This document shows, piece after piece, positions 41,384-51,339 of a DNA stretch of 64,000 nt; position 1 is the first letter of the stretch; every line of letters begins with the position of its first letter. The notes under the pieces were generated by a model. The model did no database searches, was not told the origin of the DNA, and saw only the letters and a list, made by a program, of their open reading frames with translations. The stretch is from the NCBI RefSeq assembly GCF_947568905.1, contig NC_079172.1:62372001-62436000 (forward strand). Direction: 5' to 3'. The position numbers and the translations under genes were made by a program. This DNA comes from Ostrea edulis. Its lineage: Eukaryota.

Positions 41384-41798
41384 AATTATTATCTACCAGA
41401 CCGATATGTACTTGTATTATCAAATAGATGACAATATCTAGTATCTATTGAATTTTTAAAAATGAATTTATCAATGTACAAGGTCAAATTACAAAATAAA
41501 AATTCTTACTCTTGACACAGATTTAAGCATGCTTGTCAAATTTCGAAGAAAGGTTGGACGATATGTTCATGAACAATTAAAATTGCTAGAATATATCGGT
41601 TCTTTTCATACTCAAATAATTCGAAGAATGAAGCAAAATACAAGCATAAGAGCAGTATTTTTGTAACGCTATTACTAATTATTTATATATGGATTATCAT
41701 TACACAGAGAATTCCATCCCCGAGTTGATTGCAGTGAGATTCCAGACCTAGACTTCAGTGCTTGGCAAGAGGATCCCTCTGTCGCAACGAGCTGTTAA
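8025..41798 (+). CDS. Secreted animal heme peroxidase (chorion peroxidase/peroxinectin-like), 13 exons, 664 aa
   Basis: Exons: 8025-8046, 14234-14393, 20903-21123, 22122-22301, 24185-24230, 24752-24858, 25394-25495, 28942-29040, 31451-31937, 33354-33563, 34935-35104, 35422-35521, 41708-41798. All introns are GT..AG with matching phases; the total of 1995 nt ends in TAA. Family motifs: [81 protein letters not shown]. Exons 1-2 are less certain than exons 3-13. Confidence 0.9.
8255..9940. repeat. 19-bp satellite in intron 1
   Basis: Unit ACGACCTGGACTACTAAAC; degenerate copies extend back to about 8110. Confidence 0.97.
10003..10720. repeat. 40-bp satellite (dimer of two 20-bp subunits)
   Basis: Unit CTGAAACACGACCCGTAACA-CTAAAACACCGCGCACAACA. 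Confidence 0.97.
11548..13000 (-). mobile_element. Penelope-like element fragment (RT plus terminal repeat), interrupted by about 0.5 kb of unrelated DNA
   Basis: Contains [30 protein letters not shown] and [12 protein letters not shown]; terminal repeat GTGAAGATAACGAACAG...AGCATCCCCTGTTGACC at 11548-11700. Confidence 0.8.
13548..13689. repeat. 35-bp tandem repeat, about 4 copies
   Basis: Unit CATGTTAACATAAGAAAATCACAAAAACAGAAGCA. Confidence 0.9.
14234..14393 (+). CDS. Peroxidase exon 2
   Basis: Acceptor cttctcag, donor GTAAGT at 14394. Open frame [52 protein letters not shown]; phase 1 to 2 fits both neighbours. Confidence 0.7.
14472..20325. repeat. ~5.9-kb 29-bp satellite filling intron 2
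   Basis: Unit AAACTCTTAGATATTTATAGACAGCGCGC, with recurrent short AAATAGACAGTGCAC half-units. Confidence 0.98.
20903..21123 (+). CDS. Peroxidase exon 3
   Basis: Encodes [34 protein letters not shown]; acceptor ttttgcag, donor GTCAGT. Confidence 0.9.
22122..22301 (+). CDS. Peroxidase exon 4 (distal Gln/His motif)
   Basis: Encodes LPSAREIS...[13 protein letters not shown]; acceptor attttag, donor GTACGC. Confidence 0.93.
22589..24132. mobile_element. Foldback element with long inverted arms (CACAGG...CCTGTG) in intron 4
   Basis: 22589-~23030 is the reverse complement of ~23365-23613 plus 23881-24132. The element is flanked by AT on both sides. Confidence 0.8.
23615..23880. mobile_element. 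Near-perfect palindromic MITE nested in the right arm of the foldback element
   Basis: CACAGGGGCTTG...AAAAAG-ttc-CTTTTT...GAGCCCCTGTG, arms about 130 bp. It is absent from the homologous left arm. Confidence 0.88.
24185..24230 (+). CDS. Peroxidase exon 5 (46 bp)
   Basis: Encodes [15 protein letters not shown]; acceptor tttcag, donor GTAAGC; phase-compatible. Confidence 0.85.
24427..24667 (+). mobile_element. 5'-truncated SINE body with V/Meta-like central domain and AATC-type tail
   Basis: Contains GGTCCTTCGGATGAGATCGCAAACACCGAGGTCC and ends CAATATTCAATCAATC; 3' part shared with 34051-34387. Confidence 0.65.
24752..24858 (+). CDS. Peroxidase exon 6
   Basis: Encodes [26 protein letters not shown]; donor GTGAGT. 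Confidence 0.9.
25244..25378. repeat. ~53-bp tandem duplication just upstream of exon 7
   Basis: TTACATGTTTTGGTTTTAATGGTACCAGTAAATCATAATTCGTTACA occurs about 2.5 times. Confidence 0.75.
25394..25495 (+). CDS. Peroxidase exon 7 (Ca-binding loop)
   Basis: Encodes [18 protein letters not shown]; donor GTAAGA. Confidence 0.93.
25545..26862. repeat. 20-bp satellite in intron 7 with two copies of a non-satellite island
   Basis: Unit GAGTTCATACACCTGTACAC; island at about 25936-26020 and 26722-26815; degenerate copies continue to about 27440. Confidence 0.96.
26934..27322 (+). mobile_element. TRIM with tRNA-like LTRs (Helenus/TRIMp3 type); 5' LTR inverted
   Basis: PBS TTTGGTGCCGT at 27083, PPT AAAAGGAGGGCGGAA at 27179-27193. 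3' LTR at 27195-27322 has A-box TAGCTCAGTTGG and B-box GGTTCGAATCC. An inverted LTR copy lies at 26934-27062. Flanks are CACC/CACA. Confidence 0.8.
28375..28898 (+). mobile_element. Degenerate L2-type LINE 3' end
   Basis: [11 protein letters not shown] and FKK..KAHL remnants, then the 3' signature TGTAAATCGCTTTAGAG...TAAAGCGCTATATAA and a TATTATTATT tail. Confidence 0.55.
28942..29040 (+). CDS. Peroxidase exon 8
   Basis: Encodes [33 protein letters not shown]; acceptor tttacag, donor GTACGT. Confidence 0.88.
29491..29620. mobile_element. Imperfect hairpin (MITE-like)
   Basis: TTCTTGGTTGTTTTATCGGGTGAT pairs with ATCACCCGATAAAACAACAAAGAA. Confidence 0.6.
30625..31250 (-). mobile_element. Penelope-like element 3' fragment flanked by terminal repeats
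   Basis: RT C-terminal coding remnant ([17 protein letters not shown]) at about 30830-31110; terminal repeats at 30625-30790 and 31180-31250. Confidence 0.75.
31451..31937 (+). CDS. Peroxidase exon 9 (distal Arg, proximal His)
   Basis: Encodes [24 protein letters not shown]...[14 protein letters not shown]...[16 protein letters not shown]. Confidence 0.95.
32770..33010. repeat. 18-bp minisatellite
   Basis: Unit TCTCTATGTCAGATACAG. Confidence 0.93.
33038..33257. mobile_element. PIF/Harbinger-type MITE with CWG target site
   Basis: TIRs GGGCCCGTTTTACATAA and TTTTGTAAAACGCGCCC; flanked by CAG and CTG. Confidence 0.7.
33354..33563 (+). CDS. Peroxidase exon 10
   Basis: Encodes [26 protein letters not shown]; donor GTAAGA. 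Confidence 0.95.
34051..34387 (-). mobile_element. Full-length tRNA-derived SINE
   Basis: Minus-strand head GGCCGCGGTAACTCAGTGGTAGAGCG (A-box), degenerate B-box GAGTTAGAGCTCC, central domain, and (CAAT/CAAA)n tail. Confidence 0.85.
34935..35104 (+). CDS. Peroxidase exon 11
   Basis: Encodes [12 protein letters not shown]...[26 protein letters not shown]. Confidence 0.95.
35422..35521 (+). CDS. Peroxidase exon 12
   Basis: Encodes [29 protein letters not shown]; donor GTGAGT. Confidence 0.92.
35546..35950 (+). mobile_element. Degenerate HINE (Helentron-associated) 5' part
   Basis: TTTTTAGCTCACCTGAG...CAAGTGAGCT start and Cg170-like monomer remnants, as at 49657. Confidence 0.7.
36280..38913 (-). 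mobile_element. Decayed Ty3/Gypsy-like gag-protease-RT (start) region
   Basis: Gag: [32 protein letters not shown] and knuckle [14 protein letters not shown]. Protease: AIVDTAAQ at about 37420. Pol start: [22 protein letters not shown] at about 36300-36360. Many stops and frameshifts; LTRs not found. Confidence 0.85.
36773..36985. mobile_element. MITE (TACTGT...ACAGTG, TA-flanked) inserted in the Gypsy pol region
   Basis: Terminal similarity TACTGTAGAAGCATTTAAATTCGTG versus CACGAAATATAATGATTCCACAGTG. Confidence 0.65.
38962..39800 (-). pseudogene. Decayed SGNH/GDSL-hydrolase-like ORF immediately upstream of gag
   Basis: Block [11 protein letters not shown] (39646-39654), block II WCEPG, block [11 protein letters not shown] (39485-39502), block V LYDGKH (39091-39102). 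It carries frameshifts and stops 49 bp before the gag ATG. Confidence 0.7.
39986..40500 (-). pseudogene. Poly(A)-tailed retrocopy-like fragment of an unidentified transcript
   Basis: A ~38-nt A-tail (39986-40024) sits 10 nt after AATAAA (40035-40040). The 80-codon frame at 40489-40247 has one internal TGA. Confidence 0.55.
40910..41310 (+). mobile_element. Degenerate HINE 3' part
   Basis: Cg170-like remnants ending CAAGGTGACTTATGTGAG...GGCCCATGGGCCTCTTGTT. Confidence 0.7.
41325..41378. repeat. (AT)n microsatellite
   Basis: Read directly. Confidence 0.97.
41708..41798 (+). CDS. Peroxidase exon 13 (terminal)
   Basis: Encodes [29 protein letters not shown] then TAA, matching the family C-terminal CxxIPxxDLxxW pattern. 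Confidence 0.9.
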
Positions 41799-41924
41799 AA
41801 GAGTTCATCAGAGTTCTGTTATTCGAGTCTGAGAAAGCCATCAACAGAATATCATACTAAATGTATTACTAATGAATCGACAAAATCATTCCAGGGTCAC
41901 AGTAGACGCTTCTTGAAACTTATA

Positions 41925-42235
41925 AGTTACTGAGTTTGACGTCACAGTGCACGCTTTGAACTGTAAATTACAGAATTTGACGTCACAGTGCACGCTTTGA
42001 ACTATAAAGTACAGAATTTGACGTCACAGTGCACGCTTTGAACTATGAATTACAGAATTTGACGTTAAATTATTGAGTTTGATGTCAAAGTGCACGATTT
42101 GAACCTATAAATTACTGAGATTGACGTAACAGTGGATGCTATGAACTATAAATTACTGAATTTGACGTTACAGTGCACGCTATGAACTACAAGTACTGAG
42201 TTTGACGTCACAACAGACGCTTTAAACCTATACCT
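41925..42235. repeat. ~41-bp tandem repeat containing TGACGTCA, downstream of the stop codon
   Basis: Unit AATTTGACGTCACAGTGCACGCTTTGAACTATAAATTACAG, about 8 copies. Confidence 0.9.
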
Positions 42236-42918
42236 TACTGAGTATTACGGTAGTCAGTTCGTTATTTGATTAGGTGAACTGCAGCAGGCCGAGTGTGAAA
42301 TTAACTAATATGTTTGAAAGCACCTTTTTTCCCAAGTAAACACACAATGGACCGTAGCATTGTTGACCGAATGAAATGACACGTCGGTTATTGTGACGTA
42401 TTTTGATAGCCTTCAAATTCAGCAAAGCTATCATTGTCATCCTGAATTCTATTGTGTATGTGGATATCATCAAAGAATTGAACATAGCAAACATGGCCAT
42501 CAACAATCAAAAGTTGCTTCATGTAAATATCTCAGCATAAGTAAAGATTATCTAAAACATTGTATTCTTCCTAACGTTATGAAAGCTTATGAAAACCAGA
42601 AAATGCACGTACGCCATATTCAGTCGTGTTCAAAGGCTGCGGATACAATGTAGAGCACCTCATAATGCTTATATTTCTCAAACAGAATTAAGGTGAAACC
42701 TAAGATATGCATAAGAAGCAGTTAGAATATTAGTATTTTCATGACTGTTTTCTTCATCTTTTTTGTAGAAATTGTATATAAGTAGATGCTTTCTTTTTAT
42801 GTTATTGTTTAATTAGTTAATGTATGTTTTGTATTTTTATACTACGTAATAAATATAAGTCAACCTCCCACTGAAACATGTTTTTGAGCGAGTCTTTTTA
42901 TCAGAGTTTGTTTTCATA

Positions 42919-43467
42919 TGAAAAGGTGAAGATGAACGTTGATCAATTTCAAACTCCAATAAAGAATACAAAATTAAGAGTAGCGAAAATACGGAACTCT
43001 GGATCGATCAGAGATGGGACCAGTTGCCTAAGAGGAGTAAGCATGCCCAGTCAACTGGTCACACCCGCCGTGATCCTTAGATCTTGATAAGATGAACGGA
43101 GTGATCTGTAGCTAAAATCAGTGTGCAAAGAACAGTCTAACGATTGGTATGAAACACGTCAGACAGCATATGACCCAATGACAGGTTGTATTGGTAAAAT
43201 AAATTGTTATAACGGCCATAGAATTTGGGAAATACCTAGCTATCATTTTGTTGGTCATGTTTAATTGGCAGATGATCGTTACATGTAGCACCAAGCAGGA
43301 TGGATTTGTAGATAATAGCCAGAATGAAAGGTGAAGATAACGAACAGTGATCAATCTCATAACTCTTACAACCAATACAAAATAGATAGTTGGGCCAACA
43401 CGGACCCCTGGACACATTAGAGGTGGGATCAGGTGCCTAGGAGGAGTAAGCATCCCCTGTTGACCGA
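42919..43467 (-). mobile_element. Penelope-like 3' fragment between two terminal repeats
   Basis: Terminal repeats at 42919-43080 and 43325-43467, with an RT C-terminal remnant between them. Confidence 0.75.
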
Positions 43468-43523
43468 TATAGTGTCTCGTTTCTGCAGACTGCGTTTAAC
43501 TGCCGCCTAAGATTATTTTTCCC

Positions 43524-43685
43524 TACGATCCTTAGCTTTCCAGCTACATGAATAAGCAACTTCTAACTAATTACCATATTATCAATACGATCCTTAGCTT
43601 TCCAGCTACATGAATAAGCAACTTCTAACTAATTACCATGTTATCAATACGATCCTTAGCTTTCCAGCTACATGAATAAGCAACG
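43524..43685. repeat. 62-bp tandem repeat, about 2.6 copies
   Basis: TACGATCCTTAGCTTTCCAGCTACATGAATAAGCAAC occurs at 43524, 43586 and 43648. Confidence 0.9.
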
Positions 43686-44014
43686 AGTTTTCGAAATGCT
43701 TTAAGACAAAGGTATAGTAATGCTTGTAAATATTCAATTTGAATATCAATGGTCGGCATGCCAGAGTTTCTTCTTAACATGAAGGAACATACGAAGATTA
43801 ACATTATCAGTAAAATCAATTGTTGCTTCATCATTAATATTCGAGTGTTGTATGCTCTCTATTTCACTGAAAGGCTTTCAAGCGTTAGTTCTCCCTTAAC
43901 GTATAGATCTACGAAAATTAGCTGTTCCTTTTATGGTAACTTTGGAATAGTACTCTTTCATCAAATTACCAAGACCAAATTTGAACCTTTGGATTGATGC
44001 ATTTACATTATTGG

Positions 44015-44797
44015 GTGTGACCGGTCTAAAGGGGATGCTTACTACTTCTATGCACATATTCACACCTCTGAGTGTCCCGGGATCCGTAAAATCTTAATCT
44101 TAATTTTGTGTTCTTCATGGGATATATGAGATTGATCAGTGTTCTTTTTCTTCACATTTCATTCCTTATGACAAGACAAATGCTTTGATATATACTATAG
44201 AATATTGACTAATTATATATTTTGAAATGAAAATTGGTATATGACTCAGGTCAAAGTGACACAGATTTACTACACTGATTATAACTCAGTATATTATAAT
44301 TAGTATGCTGTAGTCTATCACAATTCTTTAAAATGATATACCATGCAGCCACATGGCTCTAACAGGATGGTATGGCTTATCTAATGAAGGAAGATTTAAC
44401 AAATTTCTAAAAACAAGCAGGAAGATGATGCCTGAGACATAAATACATACATAGCATGTTAAAATAGTTTCTGAAAGTGAGTAAATTGTATTCGTCTCCT
44501 TACATTTTCAGTCATTGCCCAAAGTTAACGTCACTTTTATCATTCGTGTTGAAAAACATTAAGTTTTTCCGTAGAAGCAAGCTGGAGAAACTCTTCTTAT
44601 AATATGAAATGTTGTTATTGTTTTCATATAGGTAAATACATACACGTAGGCGTGACCAGTCTACAGAGGATGTTTAATCCTCCTAGGCATCTGATTCCAT
44701 CTCTGGTATATCCATGGGTACGTGTTTGTCCTACTCTCTATTTTGTATGCTTTCTAGGAGTTATGAGATTGATCACTGTTCGATATCGTCACATTTC
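44015..44797 (+). mobile_element. Two solo Penelope-like terminal repeats in opposite orientation (44015-44165 and 44645-44797)
   Basis: GGGTGTGACCGGTC...GGGGATGCTTACT...GAGATTGATCA homology to the other copies. Confidence 0.7.
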
Positions 44798-45349
44798 AGT
44801 GAGAGAGAAATATAGAAAAAAAGGTTTTCGAAAGTGACCACACAAGTAAAACGTAAGCGCTTTAATTCTGATCGTCATAAGTTTGACATGTGAAAACAAG
44901 TGACGTAGAATCGTGGCAAATTCCAATCGGATCACGTGCTCGTCCTTTTCCATAACTGCTAAGAAGATTCGGAAGTGGATCAGCGCAAAGATTTCATAAA
45001 ATAGATGAATTTATTCGCCATGAGCGCGTATGTGTATGAGGTTAAATGGCTAGAGAATCGAATCCCTGTATACACATATTTAGTTTTTGGTATCATTAAC
45101 GTCTTAGTCACTCTAATAATAAACATATATTAGTGGAAATTGATAGTGGTAGAATACCTTAGATATGTATGGTATCTAAGATGTATTTGTTTTAGCCCCT
45201 GTTTCATATTGTAACATACATCTGTGACGTCATGGTTACATTTGCATACAGAGTACACATAGAAACCGCCTCTGATGGCGTCGATCTACGTACAAGATTT
45301 ATGTGCGGTTACGGAAATAGCCGAGTATTTGCGATTGATGCAGAACAAG

Positions 45350-46295
45350 CTTTTGCGTATCGAATCAGTTGAGAGACATAAGCACCGAGTGCAGGTGATA
45401 GTGGAATATTGCTAAATAGAATACAAATCGAGATGTTAGTTTGTCGTTAACATCTATATTCAATAAAATATCAAAATACGAAGCAGATGTGGAAGACTCT
45501 GTGGTGTCTTTTATTTTGAGTTCAACATCTGAATGAAAACTATTATTGTTAATAGATAAAACGTAGTCGATATATGTAAATCTCGAGTTGAAGGTCACTG
45601 CAAAATACGTTTTCTTCTTTCGAATAAATTCTGTATCATAAAAATATAAAAACAGGTCAGCTAATGAAGGTTCACAATTCGTACCCATGGGAATTCCAAC
45701 AGACTACTGGAAGATCTGATCACCAAAGACTACGAAGATATTGTCAATGAGGAACTCCAGCATCTTTTTAATATTAACTTCAAAGTACTTGTGCGTAGAA
45801 TTAGAGTGGTATTTTACAAAGAAGTTTTTGCAAGACTGATCACTAAATAAGAATATTTTCTTTTTCTATTTTTGTTGAAGAAGCAACTATCTATGATGTC
45901 AAAAAGTCTAGTCTTAAATTTATATTGAGGGATGGTCTTGTAAAGTGTTGAATAGTCATGTATTGATGTTGTTGATTTGAGAAAAATTTTGTTCACACAA
46001 TTCCTCCTTTAAAATATCATCGAAATACTTAACTGATTTACGACACGAATAATGGCATTTGTTGAATTTTCGGGACGATCCCTTCCTAAGTATAACGAGG
46101 TTAATTGTAGATGTAAAATACAGCAAAACACCCCTTCCCCCGCACAATATCTACACTAAATCAGCAAATGAAAAGCGAAGATAACGAACAGTGATCAATC
46201 TCCTAACCTCTATCAGCAATATAAATAGAGAGTTGGGAAAACGCGGACCCTTGGATATACCAGAGGTGGGATCAGGTGCCTAGGAGGAGTAAGAA
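45350..46295 (-). mobile_element. Penelope-like RT fragment with upstream terminal repeat
   Basis: DYSTLYKTIPQ, SVGIPMGTNCEPSLADLFLY, and YIDYVLSINN (degenerate YIDD). Confidence 0.82.
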
Positions 46296-46387
46296 GTAAT
46301 CTGTTGTAAACCTTGCAAATCGATATCATTGTTATATCTTCACCTTTCACCTATTGCATGCAGAGTACCCAGTTAGTGATGTAACTA

Positions 46388-47520
46388 TACTAGCGGAAAG
46401 AAGAAATGCAAGTTTATTTTCGATAGTTATGATCTTACATGATTCATTGATGATTAGTTCATTGTTTGGGTTTCTCGATTATTTTATCATTACTAAATAC
46501 TATTTGATGATTTTTATCATAGACGGTATTTGCGTGAATAGCGTTAAAACGAGGGTACCTAACACCATTTCCTGTTCCGGATCAGTAGCGTGTATACTCA
46601 CCCCTGACTCCGCTGCTCTTACTCTCCTTAACGGACACATCGCATGTCTCTAAACTTTTAAATTTTTCCAGCAAAATTAATCCATTTCCTGCCTAAAACT
46701 ACTTTACATGTTGTTTTAAACGAAACGGTTTATGTAGTTTTCGAGTTTGAAAGCGATGGAATTCAAATCTTGTGATATGCATACATACTTCGATATCTTA
46801 CGCGCCATCATTTGTGACGTACCACGTTACTACCCAACTAATCAACTAGACTTTTTGAAATTGGGGCTTAGATTTAAGTCCGTATTGCGGTTAATTATCG
46901 TAATATTTCGGCGAACGAACTATGAGAATTATTTACTATAAGCATAAGGAAGACAAAATGCAGATAAGTTTGTATACTTTGAAAACATGAGATGTGTCCT
47001 TTAACATTGATCCCATCAAGGGGGTTATTGTACTTTGAGGGATATTATTCAATTTCTGAATAAGGGCCTGTGTGAGTTAAAGACCCAATTTTAAGTTAAC
47101 ACCCCCAAATCATAAGCTGCCTGTCAATCAAACATTTAACAATAGATCTCAGGTGGAGTGACATCTGCAGACACTGTGGTCTGGAGCTACCCCCAGAGAG
47201 GTTTTGATAACAATAACAGCCAGTATCTACAGGCATTCTTTAGATCTTGAGGAAGCCCAGTATACCTGAGTTTTGATAGCATTGACCTGTCCAGAGCTGC
47301 TATTTTCTCGTAATTCAATTGTTTTTAAAATAAACCCTGAACAATGCAATTTCAATATAATTGTAATTTTCCCCCTCTATATACATGTATTATAAATTAC
47401 ACAATTAGAAATCAAACAATAATTTGCACAATAATTTCTAAAACTTGTAACTTATTGAAATGATTTATGTCATCAATTTATGACACCTCTATATTTATAT
47501 TCATTGAGTCAATGACACAT

Positions 47521-47583
<63 letters not shown>

Positions 47584-48566
47584 TGAATGTAGAATGTGTG
47601 TCAGCTACCCTTAGGAATACAACCATTATTCAAACACTATGACCACAGAAACTCTACAGAGGTCCCTGAGACAGGTCCTGTGTATATCAAAACTATAAAA
47701 AAGCACGGACAGGTAGATTTCTACCATGTTCTGTCTGGATCACCTCTGTCTCTGTGTATTTCTTTGAGTGCCATGGGATATAGCAATTAACACCTTGGTA
47801 GACCCTGGCCACTCCATGTAAATAACATGTTTAGATTAGGCTCCGCCTACATTTTCACCAACCGTAGGGTCATGAGATGGGTCTTTAAGCGACATTATAT
47901 GGGACGTGGACGCGCTTCCTAACCTTCCTGTGCACCACAGCTGGGACGTCGTGGCCTTAAATGGAACTCCCGCAGCCAATCCCTAGTCATTCTTAGACAC
48001 ACTGGTAGACCATAATTGCCACAACTTGGCGTGCCGTCTCTGTCTGAAATCGGTTAGGGAGGTGCGAGAGACGTATGTCTCTATCTTGCTATCGCGACGT
48101 AACGCGCGGGCGTCTGCTCTTTGGGACGGTCACCAAATCTCCCTGTGGCTCTGAGACACCCAACTAAACAGGATATTGTTGTCTCGTGTACACCATATTG
48201 CTGGGCTCCATGGAGTTGCAAATGTCCTAGTATTGTCAGAGTAATGGCCCTACCCCTTCATTCAATCGCGGCATTTCGCTCTACAATCGCTTCGTAAAGA
48301 AATATCGTGTAGCTGATTTCTACTGTTCCAATGTTCGATTTGTAATGATTTACCAGCACATTTGGCGCAGAAGAGCCCTGGATGCATGCTTTCTTGAAAA
48401 ATCTGCTAAAAGCATCGAGTGTTGTCAGGGTCAGCTAAATTTTAATTGATGAACATATTTAGAATGCACGGAGGTAACTCAGTGTCAAATATAATTAAAG
48501 TTATATTACCAAAAAACAAAAAATCAACAACAAAAAACCGACATTGCGTTTCTTTTTCCGCTAGTG
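46388..48566 (-). mobile_element. Tc1/mariner DNA transposon, transposase decayed and internally replaced
   Basis: TIRs TACTAGCGGAAAGAAGAAATGCAA and TTGCGTTTCTTTTTCCGCTAGTG with TA on both sides. N-terminus MPRLNE..RGRAI..GVHETTIS..GDRP..QDRDIRLSH starts at 48274; C-terminal GEYTRY* at about 46590-46615. Confidence 0.8.
47520..47583. repeat. Compound (AC)n(AG)n(G)n microsatellite
   Basis: Read directly. Confidence 0.95.
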
Positions 48567-49319
48567 TATATATAATCACTCACCATAAGCTGTCGAGCGG
48601 TTTAGTTGTGTGGTATCTAAGATGTTGATCTCCAGAGGTCTGGTCTGTGACAAGTATACACCTGACTTCCCCAAGTTATTGATCTGCGGATTAGGTTATC
48701 GGGAATTTCGAGCCCGATCTTAATAATATCGACTATAACTACATTCCTCCCCATTTTATTTGAAAGTAGTGTGACCAATATTTGTTCAACTGATATGCGG
48801 ATTACGCACTGAAACTACTTATCACACTCCATATTTAGATTTCCATAACTGTAAACAATCAGACAACCCGACTGTAGACAGCGAGTCTTAAAGGTGTTGA
48901 TACATGTACCCCATCATCTCTAAACAAAACGTCCTCATCATTTTATGTGGAATACAGTTGTTTTACCTAGAAAGTATCTGGGCGCACTTGTTTCAGAAAT
49001 CCGGGCGACGACCCGGTTCACATTTATCACATGACATAATGACCCGGTTAGTCTCGCTGACACAAGTGAGAATTCAACCGGAAGATGGCTGCCATTATTG
49101 GTAGTGTAGCTGCGATGAATGATTTCCTCGCAAGTTACGAGGAAGACGATGACCTAGACGACATTTTTTGCCATTTCAGGAGCATGACTTGTGTAATGTA
49201 TGTTAGATCAGCAAATGTACTTATTACTTTTCTGGCTACCCCTGTACTGTTATATACACAAAGTATATTTTGTAATGTTATTAAAATACACACATTTGCA
49301 TGCGGTTTTGAAATTCAGT

Positions 49320-49331
49320 CCCCCCTCCCCC

Positions 49332-49362
<31 letters not shown>
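49320..49362. repeat. Poly(C) tract
   Basis: Read directly. Confidence 0.95.
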
Positions 49363-49656
49363 ATCGGCCAGAGTCGGTTGGGAAGTCATCAGATTGGGGG
49401 TGGGGTGGTGCACAGCCGAAAAAAGGCTTACAGCCATTAAAATTTGTTACCGAAGGGGCAAACTATATTAGTTGTTTTCTATTGTATTGGCCAAATTATT
49501 GCGTGGGCATTCCGGTTCATCTTTCATGATTTCTACAAGTACAGGTTGACACCATTTATAAAAGAACTTTAAACCCAAACATAGTGAATATTTGAAGAAA
49601 CTTCGACAATGTTTTTTAAAAAAGTATATGCATGTATACACAGACCTATTTTATTT

Positions 49657-49764
49657 CTTTTAGCTCACCTGAACCGAAGGTTCAAGTGAGCTATTCTGAT
49701 CACATTTTGTCCGGCGTCCGTCTGTCTGTCTGTCCGTCTGTCTGTAAACTTTTCACATTTTCGA

Positions 49765-49798
<34 letters not shown>

Positions 49799-51051
49799 TA
49801 ACTTGGCCAAAAGTATCCTTGGGTGAAGGGCTTTCAAGTTTGTTCAAATGAAGGGCCATGTCCCTTTCAAAGGGGAGATAATCACAAAAATGCAAAAATA
49901 GGGTGGGGTCATTTAAAAATCTTCTTCTCAAGAACCACTGGGCCCGAAGAGCTGAAATTTACCTGAAAGCTTCCTGACATATTGCAGATTCACGTTTGTT
50001 CAAATCATGGCCCCCGGTGGTAGGATGGGGCCACAAGGGGGGATCAAAGTTTTACATACAAATATATAGGGAAAAACTTTAAAAATCTTCTTCTCAAGAA
50101 CCACTAAGCCAGAAAAGCTGAGATTTACATGAAAGCTTCCTGACATAATGCAGATTCAAGTTTGTTCAAATCATGGGCCCCTCGGGTTGGATGGGGCCAC
50201 AATAGGGGATCAAAGTTTTACATACAAATATATAGGAAAAATCTTTAAAAATCTTCTCAAGAACCACTGAGCCAGAAAAGCTGAGATTTACATGAAAGCT
50301 TCCTGACATAGTGCAGATTCAAGTTTGTTCAAATCATGGCCCCCGAGGATAAGATGGGGCCCCAAGTGGAGGGGGGGGTCAAAGTTTTACACACAAATAT
50401 ATAGGGAAAAACTTTAAAAATCTTCTTCTCAAGAACCACTAAGCCAGAAAAGCTGAGATTTACATGAAAGCTTCCTGACATATTGCAGATTCAAGTTTGT
50501 TCAAATCATGGGCCCCGGGGGTTGGATGGGGCCACAATAGGGGATCAAAGTTTTACATACAAATATATAGGAAAAATCTTCTTCTCAAGAACCACTGAGC
50601 CAGAAAAGCTGATTTTTACATGAAAACTTTCTGACATAGTGCAGATTCAAGTTTGTTCAAATCATGGGCTCCGGGGGTAGGATGGGGCACAAGGGGGATC
50701 AAAGTTTTACATACAAATATATAGTTAAAATCTTTTTCTCAATAACCACTGAGTCAGAAAAGCTGATATTTACAAGAAAACTTTCTGACATAGTGCAGAT
50801 TCAAGTTTGTTCAAATCATGGTTCCCGGGGGGTAGGATGGGGCCACAAGTGGGGGGGGGGGGTCAAAGTTTTACATACAAATATAGAAAAAAGCTTTAAA
50901 AGAACCATTGGGCCAAAGAAGTTGACATTTACATGAAAGCTTTCTGACATAGTGTAGATTCAAGGTTGCAAAGGGTAGTTTGGGCCATAATAGGGACCAA
51001 GGTTTTACATGCAAATATATATGGAAAGTCTTCAGATATGGGCCAAGGTGA

Positions 51052-51086
<35 letters not shown>
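49657..51086 (+). mobile_element. Complete HINE (non-autonomous Helentron) carrying a ~166-bp Cg170-like satellite array
   Basis: SubTIRs AGCTCACCTGA (49662) and TCAGGTGAGC (51053), GTCT/GTCC microsatellite, about 7 monomers (period 166 between 49917 and 50083), and 3' palindrome GGCCCATGGGCC. Confidence 0.9.
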
Positions 51087-51091
<5 letters not shown>

Positions 51092-51099
51092 TCATCTAC

Positions 51100-51339
51100 A
51101 TGTACATACGGAAGTAGCTGCAGATCTGTAGCGTTATGGTTTTATATTCTTGTCTTTGACCATATGTTATGGTCAAAGACAAGAATATAAAACCATAACG
51201 TTACAGATCTGCAGCTAATACGGAAGCATATTAGAGCCGCAGCATTATCTATTTTTAGTTTGTTATAACAAATTATTAATCCGTTATAACAAACTAAAAA
51301 AGATCCTGCTGCGGCCCTAATGTGCCTCCGTATGTACAT
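51100..51339. mobile_element. Hairpin MITE containing a second hairpin MITE (51115-51217) with a 9-bp TSD
   Basis: Inner arms are 50 bp with one mismatch and a TGT loop, flanked by ATACGGAAG twice. The outer arms become palindromic once the inner element is removed. Confidence 0.88.

Noticed and set aside
43420-43467. Pistol or twister ribozyme resemblance (ATCAGGTGC; TAAG-6nt-3nt-TTGA spacing) on the + strand of the PLE repeat
   Set aside because: The conserved GCG and the P1/AAA linker are absent, and wobble pairs favour the other strand.
49200-49529. Polyproline ORFs
   Set aside because: They are produced by the poly(C) tract inside the predicted transposase intron.
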